From the IMG/VR virus record IMGVR_UViG_3300034062_004313, positions 91,875-155,874 of that record: a stretch of 64,000 bases of DNA, one strand, 5' to 3'. Source of the stretch: a virus. Position numbers and translations under genes: made by a program. The notes under the pieces were generated by a model. It did no database searches. It saw only the letters and a list, made by a program, of their open reading frames with translations, and was not told where the DNA came from. Of this stretch, positions 58,301 through 64,000 are shown one piece after another; positions within the stretch are counted from its first letter, which is position 1; every line of letters begins with the position of its first letter.

Positions 58301-58372
58301 TATACAGGATACACCTTTGACCCTGAAACATATATTAAAACAATTGATTCACTTACAAATAGAATAAAATAA
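52361..58372 (+). CDS. Giant virion protein
   Basis: 2003 aa; degenerate zincin-like QEISHF motif; follows the RNA polymerase as in Crassvirales. Confidence 0.65.
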   Translation: MECSLNKSLIKDTITDTINISVVNSGFFSDDYVMLDNKGEKLVSKINKAYKTDVLKLEDGKLSMVIPDKLISQYAFSNPDGKDMVFEEIKNSYLSYYSDGSLNLISDDKFINHPLLEGPSIEVLIKFAKKINPNFKVAVVENLPAKALSLIRDNIIIIQERHFFDEFPQEISHFFVELLDENSEIYKELIEKISDFSIYGEIREKYKNNPAYQIDGKLNIKKIKKEAAATLIGEYIKQSQTNNVKNKFGKDSEKITTWFDKLMKFLRRVFTSIIRPIYQEPISNIFEKSAQQILEGDISNLDLAKPISIYDSYFYSLAEAAMPETTEASAFAKALSKFSNGMKRKLTKAFLVFAEDKKLEGLLKELADPMYPSYNRLFDAINLLKDVDRTFGFFENEENINVNIIAEATQKLAEAFAILEAVPKALTSVLENLRTSIKKGGLNENELVSNLTELQHYMKFIDTFKKVESEFISLLNAVKENEELNEDIYNDMVRIMGTTSTQFNRVNLEIINIIRTHLYETTKLWTLTLFENYRKSVTDRLELATLDSSKIKLLTMLEETFSSNDHIEAALSGNLDKLYAKSELVKLGKVKDRFSKIKDISNIDYFIFLLAAPSLMSDPFLTTAVSYFVNQHYKEGIQAAQESRVFATDALELMEKAGTDYYGTQAQIIETQNTFVQNKDEAFEKATLIDETLRYNLNFDYQTLLKQREDIGKNLGFKRFEIKNLNLNIKEGKIELQSRLDETLKEVEKLEKEYKEIQKKIKDFNFTYYIQPFTDDYYKIINSLNNEKDGELLKKAKQLKYSILQLQSQFLSHLISQNLEKNDYKEIELVNKMSQLVEIEQSLPPFDKVKYEEFSKLFIEDEINTGRAIAAHKNSWINNSIREAKKSGDTTSIEDLKEKFEYDWEELFMVYDLTPKFWEQNSKNWENLQEYINNKINEPKLLNKQLAAINTLRNKLLKGVRGPNGEVFIQALEKVRSPISDNPLYEDLYELEIRQDLLRKKINAVSSVPRNLTSTPNGRKLYDTFLIGYEIGYILEEIELNKLSDGLISEMLGEYFNMSDSLLNYIKTEGVKGKDSYKNIVKKLFESVKKEYSQYEETLINTINVQGDNLKSFTELMFAIVGGANIRGVASEESLNEVNSIFNNIAEFSTKTVSQNYLYFIQNGVVDILKDLLDPKIKVNGVDDSLRNQIRGIINEIESKGVFDIQFIRENVWVEPIFNAIYNYLIYREETGNPYVTFSSEFFMNSHKKIKSKTARGSWIEHYEPLSFHKKIEPLDKENSSLYQYRPVKFLRKSKVSDEYITEKIKEIDPRVISGQKKATVDINNNWLPRSVKKVTVKDDKDNDTIIDNVYWNNKYEDIKNNNKPLFDLINYIKLQYLQKQIDFLPEGQRPDLILPSRMFDQFERKKTLIENTKEIKGNIQAFFSLRKADETSSNIKINFDEELGILTQNNYDIYTGAIIAESQVKLKSMRNIPIHRVSKDIIASIMFFIDDIHEYKAKQIAYPVFKSFSDVFAQTNTLNSNMNKKRSEVMNLYMKTRILDEVPEGFANNPALARVLSFLRKLSVNKLLLDPLGAMVNLANGELQIFIENTISKKAWANFVKASVEATKWQYAYDKDALLFSQHKLSIESQLIDVLGMIPQGIDLSERMSKLGVVSDLKAIAMQPREQTEIFMGIQLGLSIVENYDIQYNGKKLKIKELYELDKYGNIKLKDEYLSLKDDWDIIDGKNIQQIRNTLINTYSLLQGNFYDFNQSYISNTAIGKSAELLKRWFMTGYIRRFQGEVLDPFLGSEREGYHWTMLKFLYDMGTSLKNDGASGAKEHFNLVMTKKQKNNLRKSVAELTYIFLISMFLIHILKYDSDDEDKNKKLKKMSYWEKVAILIAIRAKSEAGTFIPLPFFGLGLQETFRAFLDPFGVIKGTVLNISGSAKIILDEIMYAMGFDIPEKNMRYQRDMTNPVFPSLSLKDKNDRKIWVLILNTLGYTGYTFDPETYIKTIDSLTNRIK

Positions 58373-58373
58373 G

Positions 58374-58568
58374 ATGATAATATCCTTACCAAATGGAAAA
58401 TTTCTTCACAAATCATTAGAAGAAATGCTATCTATAAAAGATGAAGAAATAGATATGTGGTATCAGAACATGATAGCAGATAATATGGGAGATGATAGCC
58501 TTAATCCATTTACATCTTTTAGAGATGTAGAACTTATGGAATTTGATATTCCAGATATAGAAGAATAG
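58374..58568 (+). CDS. Small acidic protein
   Basis: LPNGK N-terminus and NPF motif. Confidence 0.6.
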   Translation: MIISLPNGKFLHKSLEEMLSIKDEEIDMWYQNMIADNMGDDSLNPFTSFRDVELMEFDIPDIEE

Positions 58569-58629
58569 CTATATTATTAACTACTTAAAATTAACTTGCT
58601 AAATGTAGCAAAATAAATTATATTAGGTT

Positions 58630-60501
58630 ATGACATGTTGTGATATACCCGCAAAATTACACTCTTTCCCCCAAACATGGAGAGAAGAACTTTCTGCATT
58701 ATTATGTGAAATAGTAAATGAAAGACAAAATATTGATTGTGAAACAGTTAAAGATTGTGAAACAGTTACAGCTCTAACAGCTTTTTCATTAAATGAAGAT
58801 GTACTTTCTATTTCTTATAGAGATGAAAAAAATATTGTAACTACTCGTCAACAGAGCATTTCTTCTATTTTTAATAATATATTAACATTTAATAGTGGAT
58901 TAGAAAAAAATAGTAATGTTGTACAATTAGGTGGAAACCCACTTCTAAAAAATACAATATTAAATCTATCAGGATATATATTAGATGTAGATGGAGAAAA
59001 TATTAGATTCTCTGATTATCCCTCTTCAAGAACTCCCGATACAGCAAATGGAACTTATTTGTTTACTAACACAAGTGGTAAATTAATGACTGGTTCATTA
59101 GCTTCATTAATACCTAGTACTTTTTCAGCACCATTAACATTTGATAATGGTTTAACAAGAACTACTAATAATATAAGATTGGGTGGAAATCTTGTAACTC
59201 CTACAGTTATTGATGCTGTTAATGATGCTGCTCTTGTAACAAATGATTTATGGGTTAAAAATAATACAGCTTTTGGAGATTTAAGAAATACTACTAATGT
59301 AGTAAGATTTTTAAATGTTCATAATGCATTACCGGGAAAACAAGATATACACCCTTTTTATGTAGATAAGGTATTTACTGAGACTTCTCCTACAACAGAT
59401 AGTTATGGAGCAGTAATTATACATTCAGCAAGAGGTGCTGGAAACTTAAATTTTACTAATGTATATAATAGTGCTTTAGATGTTAGATTTTCCTATTCTT
59501 CAAATACATCGAATATTATAGGTAATGTAAATGGTGTTATTTCAGGATTAACTTTTGGAACTAGTGAAACATTAACTGGTGGAGATATAGATTCTTTTAC
59601 AGGATTTAGAGCTTCAGCCCCAAGACAATCAACTCTTTCTAATCCATCTAATAAAACATATGGTGGAGAAATAGACACTTTATATGGACTTTATGTAGAA
59701 GATTTAAGAAATGGTAGCGAAGTAGACCCATCTGTAGTAATAAATAATACTTGGGGAGTTTATCAAGAAGGTGTTAATGATTTTAATAGGTTCTATGGTG
59801 TTACTGGATTTGGGCCATTTGGCCTTGGTGATTTATCTGCGCAAGTAAATATATCAAGAACAGCAAAGCATAATTATAAATCACAATCTTTAAACTCTTA
59901 TCTTCTACTTAATCAAAATAGAGGAGTTCAACCAATAGTAGATAATATATCAACTCCTACACATAGTACTATAGATTTATCTTTCACAGGAAATGAAACT
60001 TTTGACGCTAGTTCTTTTGTATCAGCAATAGATGCTAAAGTTACTTATAGTTCTAATACATCTAATGTTACAGGTAAAGTATCAAGCATAACAACAGATA
60101 GTATATTTTATTCAGGTGTTGTTAGTAATGGAGGTGGAAGTTTTGATAAATTAATAGGAGTAAGAGTTACAAAACCTTTACAATTACAACCTACTTTAGC
60201 TCTTGCTGCAAAAAATTACACAGGTACAATAGCAGATACGTATGGTATATTAATTGAACAGCAATATGGTGGATTAGCTGTTGGTGCTGCACAAACAAGA
60301 ACTTGGGGTGTATATCAAGAAGGTGCTAACGATGTAAACTACTTTGCAGGTAAAACAAGAATTACTGAATTAAATATAGGAAATACAGGAGCATCTGTAC
60401 CAAATGCCGTTACAGCATCTGTAGCAACAGCATCTACAAATAAAATAGCAATAAATATAAATGGTACTACTTATTACCTTTTAGCAACAACAGTAGCTTA
60501 A
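58630..60501 (+). CDS. Tail fibre / spike-like protein
   Basis: Cys-rich N-terminus, internal repeats, ININGTTYYL C-terminus. Confidence 0.65.
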   Translation: MTCCDIPAKLHSFPQTWREELSALLCEIVNERQNIDCETVKDCETVTALTAFSLNEDVLSISYRDEKNIVTTRQQSISSIFNNILTFNSGLEKNSNVVQLGGNPLLKNTILNLSGYILDVDGENIRFSDYPSSRTPDTANGTYLFTNTSGKLMTGSLASLIPSTFSAPLTFDNGLTRTTNNIRLGGNLVTPTVIDAVNDAALVTNDLWVKNNTAFGDLRNTTNVVRFLNVHNALPGKQDIHPFYVDKVFTETSPTTDSYGAVIIHSARGAGNLNFTNVYNSALDVRFSYSSNTSNIIGNVNGVISGLTFGTSETLTGGDIDSFTGFRASAPRQSTLSNPSNKTYGGEIDTLYGLYVEDLRNGSEVDPSVVINNTWGVYQEGVNDFNRFYGVTGFGPFGLGDLSAQVNISRTAKHNYKSQSLNSYLLLNQNRGVQPIVDNISTPTHSTIDLSFTGNETFDASSFVSAIDAKVTYSSNTSNVTGKVSSITTDSIFYSGVVSNGGGSFDKLIGVRVTKPLQLQPTLALAAKNYTGTIADTYGILIEQQYGGLAVGAAQTRTWGVYQEGANDVNYFAGKTRITELNIGNTGASVPNAVTASVATASTNKIAININGTTYYLLATTVA

Positions 60502-60517
60502 ATTATAAAATAATAGA

Positions 60518-60877
60518 ATGGAAGATATACTTATAAAAATTGGAAGTTACGTATTAACAGGATTAATACCATTGGGGTTATGGATGTGGAAAGAATCTGC
60601 AAAAAAAGCAAAGGGAGAATCTGATATTCATAGTGCTTTAGAAGCATTGAAGTTATTAATTCATACTAATAAAACTTATTTTGATGAAAAAATACTTAGA
60701 TTAGAAAGAGATTTAAGGGAACAAAAAGAAGAAAAGAAAGAACTTGAAAACAGAATTTATATAAAAATACAATCTGTTGAAGGATTAGTTACTAAGTCTC
60801 ATGAACATATAAATGAAATTAAAGTATTAGTAACAAAAATTGCTACTATACAAGGAATGGAAAATCAAGACAAATGA
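60518..60877 (+). CDS. Single-TM coiled-coil protein (holin-associated)
   Basis: N-terminal TM segment followed by a coiled coil. Confidence 0.5.
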   Translation: MEDILIKIGSYVLTGLIPLGLWMWKESAKKAKGESDIHSALEALKLLIHTNKTYFDEKILRLERDLREQKEEKKELENRIYIKIQSVEGLVTKSHEHINEIKVLVTKIATIQGMENQDK

Positions 60878-61170
60878 TAATTAAACAATTTTTCTTAAAA
60901 TTACTAAAATCTAATTCAGGTGTGAGCAGTAGAAGATTTATTGGTCTTTTAATGCTACCTACATATATATTAGGTGTAGTTGTTGGGATATTCTCAAAAG
61001 AATTTAACTTTTATATAACAGCTATGATAGCTGCTGCTATACCATTATTAATGGCATATTTTCTTTTATCATGGGAACATATAAAAGAATTAGCATCAAG
61101 CTCTTTTATAATAAAGGGACCACCTGCTCAAAACGAAACAATAGTAGAAGAAACAATACTACCAGAATAA
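60874..61170 (+). CDS. Putative holin
   Basis: SSRRF motif followed by two TM segments. Confidence 0.55.
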   Translation: MIIKQFFLKLLKSNSGVSSRRFIGLLMLPTYILGVVVGIFSKEFNFYITAMIAAAIPLLMAYFLLSWEHIKELASSSFIIKGPPAQNETIVEETILPE

Positions 61171-61844
61171 TGAAACAATATATATCACATATAATATTAA
61201 TAGGGTTGTTTTTAATAACCTTATTCTTTTTAAATAAATGTTCACAAAGTAAATATACTGAACTTGAAGATAAATATAAGCTTACACAAGTTGAGAATCA
61301 AACATTTGAAAGTCTTGTAAATAAAAAAAACGATACTATTAAAACTCAAAATGTTATTATACTAAAAACTGAAAAGTCTTTAAAAAACTACACTGACACA
61401 ATCTTCAATCTTAAAAAAAAACAAGAAAGAAAGATTAAAGAAGTGATAGCTTATTATAATAATAAAACTGATACAAGAGTAGATAGCTTCTTTGTATTTG
61501 AAGTGGATAGTATTCCTTACCCAGTTGTTATCACAGATGATTATGTAAGAGATTCTATGATAACAGTTCCACGTACTTATAAAGTGGATTCTACTTATTT
61601 TAAATTTGATGCTACAGTAACTAAAAAAGGAATGTTAATTAATTCATTAAGTTTACCAGATACAACATATGGAAGATTTGTAGAATTAAAGAATGGAAAA
61701 ATACAATACCAAGTATTCAATAAAAATCCGTATATTAGTATTGAAAATAGCAATTCAATAATATATCAACCCAAAAAGAAAAGGCTCAAATGGTTAATAC
61801 CATTAGGAGTAGGAATAGTAACAGGAATACTTATAACAAAATGA
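61170..61844 (+). CDS. Putative spanin
   Basis: TAATG-coupled start; hydrophobic signal ending in NKC, coiled coil, C-terminal TM segment. Confidence 0.55.
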   Translation: MKQYISHIILIGLFLITLFFLNKCSQSKYTELEDKYKLTQVENQTFESLVNKKNDTIKTQNVIILKTEKSLKNYTDTIFNLKKKQERKIKEVIAYYNNKTDTRVDSFFVFEVDSIPYPVVITDDYVRDSMITVPRTYKVDSTYFKFDATVTKKGMLINSLSLPDTTYGRFVELKNGKIQYQVFNKNPYISIENSNSIIYQPKKKRLKWLIPLGVGIVTGILITK

Positions 61845-62191
61845 TAATAAATCTTCCTATATATGAATGTAAAGTTCACTATATAGTAGTGGAAAAAAAT
61901 GAAGATATAGATAAAAAACAAAGATTTATTTATAAAAAACATAAAATAAATAAATCTGTACCTAAAGAAGAAGATGGTGGGAGTGTAGGGTTAATGATTC
62001 CTTGTTTTACAGATTATTATATGATAATTAGTAAAGAAGAAAAGAATAAAATTAATGTTATATTACATGAGCTAAGTCATTGCATAGACTTCATAACACA
62101 AGATAGAGGTATCGAAGATACAGAAGAAAAAGCTTATTTAACTGCTTATATAGGAGATAAAATATTAAAACATGAATTTAGCATATTATAA
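61841..62191 (+). CDS. Small zincin-like protein
   Basis: HELSH...EEKAY; ATGA-coupled start. Confidence 0.6.
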   Translation: MIINLPIYECKVHYIVVEKNEDIDKKQRFIYKKHKINKSVPKEEDGGSVGLMIPCFTDYYMIISKEEKNKINVILHELSHCIDFITQDRGIEDTEEKAYLTAYIGDKILKHEFSIL

Positions 62192-62265
62192 TCAAGATAT
62201 ATAAAAGTAGGAAGAGTTTGGAAAATTGCAACGCCAAATATTAAAGTTGCAGGAATTTGGAAATA

Positions 62266-62736
62266 ATGAAAACATTTGAAGCACCCGTAATCTTAACAAC
62301 AATACCGAATGAAATTATATCAGGTATTGAGTTAAAAATAATTGCAAATCTTGCAACAGTTATAATAAATTACAATACAAAACAAATTAGTCTTAACTGG
62401 TGTTGTAGTTATTACACGCTTGATAACCAACCATTTGCTATTGCTCCTTCTTATTATAAGGAACAAAATACACTTGAAAATATGTATATTTCAGAAGATG
62501 GTTCTATAATAATCTATAGTGAAAATGAACTCATAGAAACCTTTGGATTAAAAGATAGTGAAGGTAATCAAATATATGATAAAAATGGAAAACCATTACT
62601 GACAAGAGATGATTTAATGGATAGTTGGAGTTTTTACATGAAAAAGAGTACACAACCAATACCTTTAAAAGCATTATTTGAAGCAGTAGGTAATAGAGCA
62701 GCTATTGAAAATAGATTAAATAATGAGCACATTTAA
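62266..62736 (+). CDS. Hypothetical protein, possibly a fibre chaperone
   Basis: ORF adjacent to fibre genes. Confidence 0.5.
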   Translation: MKTFEAPVILTTIPNEIISGIELKIIANLATVIINYNTKQISLNWCCSYYTLDNQPFAIAPSYYKEQNTLENMYISEDGSIIIYSENELIETFGLKDSEGNQIYDKNGKPLLTRDDLMDSWSFYMKKSTQPIPLKALFEAVGNRAAIENRLNNEHI

Positions 62737-64000
62737 CGATAATATAGATATATTAGTTTCCGATTTGAATAAAAACAAACTCGGACAGGGGTTTAATCCT
62801 GCAACATTATTAGCAAGAGCACAAAGAGATGAAGATATAATATTTGAAATATTAGAAAAATTAAAAGATTTTAATAATAATGTTATTAATTTAACAACAT
62901 TAGGAACATCAGGACCATCTACATTAATTGGTTCTACTCTTAATATTCCACAATATAGCAGTGGTAGTAGTTATATCACTTCTATATTAGATACATCAAG
63001 CATAGATTTAGATGTTACAGCAGGAGTTTTAACAGCCAATTTTATAAATGCAGCAGGTTATATAACGTCTTCTTCGTTAAGTCCTTATTTAACAAGTGCT
63101 ATTGCTGCTACTACATATGAACCAATTATTGGTGCTGGAACTACAGGTCAATATTGGAGAGGAGATAAAACTTGGCAGACCTTTCCAACTGTTGGTACTT
63201 GGGGAGCATTAAACTATCCAACATGGGTAAGCGGTACACCATTTGTTAAGATGACTGCTGCTGGTACTTTTTCATTAGATACCAACACTTATCTAACTGC
63301 TAATCAAAATATAACATTATCAGGTGATATAACAGGTTCAGGTACAACTGCTATTACTACAACAATAGCCAATGGAGCCGTTGATATAGCAATGTTATCT
63401 GCAACAGGCACACCATCAAGTACTACATTTTTAAGAGGAGATAATACATGGGCAACCCCTGCTGGTGGAGGTGGTGGCACTCCAGCAGGTTCGACTGGAC
63501 AGGTTCAATTTAATAATGCTGGTTCGTTTGGAGCATCATCTAATTTATTTTGGGATAATACCAATAACAGGCTAACAGTAGGAACAGGAAATAGTGTGTC
63601 GGCTAATTTGGCTATCGAAAGCACAACGGCAGATGCTTTCATGGTTACGAGGTCAACATTAGCATCTGGGCAAGCCGGTATTTTTGTATTTAACGACCAA
63701 ACAACGGCCACTGCTGGTGCTTCATTCAATCTTTATGGCAATGCGTGGTCATCTGCTTTTGCGCGAAATCAGGCAGCATTTGGAAGCAGGCAAGGTTTAC
63801 TTTTCTTTTCAAATAATGCGTTATTAACTGGTGGAACTTCGCCGATTGATTTTTATCCCGGTGGCGGTTTAGAATCGCAGCGTTTTGTAAGAATGAAAAA
63901 CTTTGGCATGTCTATGAATAGCGCAGGCACGACAGCCGACCCTGTGGCAAGCGCAATACTTGACATGAATAGCACCACAAAAGGTTTTCTTCCACCTCGT
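62723..64000 (+). CDS. Tail fibre protein, 3'-truncated (absent from the ORF track)
   Basis: Frame open to the window end; RGDxTW repeats, GQVQFNNAGSFG and SAILDMNSTTKGFLPPR motifs. Confidence 0.85.
   Translation, partial: MSTFNDNIDILVSDLNKNKLGQGFNPATLLARAQRDEDIIFEILEKLKDFNNNVINLTTLGTSGPSTLIGSTLNIPQYSSGSSYITSILDTSSIDLDVTAGVLTANFINAAGYITSSSLSPYLTSAIAATTYEPIIGAGTTGQYWRGDKTWQTFPTVGTWGALNYPTWVSGTPFVKMTAAGTFSLDTNTYLTANQNITLSGDITGSGTTAITTTIANGAVDIAMLSATGTPSSTTFLRGDNTWATPAGGGGGTPAGSTGQVQFNNAGSFGASSNLFWDNTNNRLTVGTGNSVSANLAIESTTADAFMVTRSTLASGQAGIFVFNDQTTATAGASFNLYGNAWSSAFARNQAAFGSRQGLLFFSNNALLTGGTSPIDFYPGGGLESQRFVRMKNFGMSMNSAGTTADPVASAILDMNSTTKGFLPPR

Noticed and set aside
1514-63729. Minus-strand ORFs in the track, and the nested ORF 24142-24429
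   Set aside because: Shadows of long + strand genes, with no recognisable motifs
1-64000. Stop-codon reassignment as seen in some Crassvirales
   Set aside because: Long genes are intact under code 11, TAG and TGA end genes, and no suppressor tRNA was found
1-64000. CRISPR array, integrase or transposase
   Set aside because: No spaced direct repeats or matching protein motifs seen

Overview
AT-rich, almost entirely + strand window of a Crassvirales (crAss-like) phage. Promoter motifs suggest a Bacteroidota host, and the standard code applies. Gene order: portal (5'-truncated), scaffold-like protein, major capsid, ring and auxiliary capsid proteins, Cys-rich fibre proteins, an accessory island (13.3-20.5 kb), tail ring and muzzle proteins, internal cargo proteins, three giant virion proteins including the DxDxD RNA polymerase, fibres and a lysis module. 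The island carries 23 tRNA genes covering all 20 amino acids, an RlpA-like enzyme, a Tad1-like anti-defence protein and a metallophosphoesterase. Main finding: 22 of the tRNAs form three operons, each preceded by a promoter, an unannotated 22-26 codon leader peptide and a four-segment attenuator (protector, antiterminator, terminator). Each leader has an unbroken run of codons for exactly the amino acids whose tRNAs follow it: THTTCPQWFTPT before Pro/Thr/Phe/Gln/His/Trp/Cys; INMIVDNGIGANEK before Lys/Val/Asn/Met/Gly/Glu/Asp/Ile/Ile/Ala; LSLYSSSSYLLL before Leu/Leu/Ser/Ser/Tyr. This suggests a phage sensor of tRNA shortage that switches on replacement tRNAs. Also present: a minimal HDV-like ribozyme after the capsid gene, several non-canonical tRNAs and unexplained structured RNAs. 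Protein calls rest on motif recognition and synteny; no database searches were run, and novelty is not checked against the literature.
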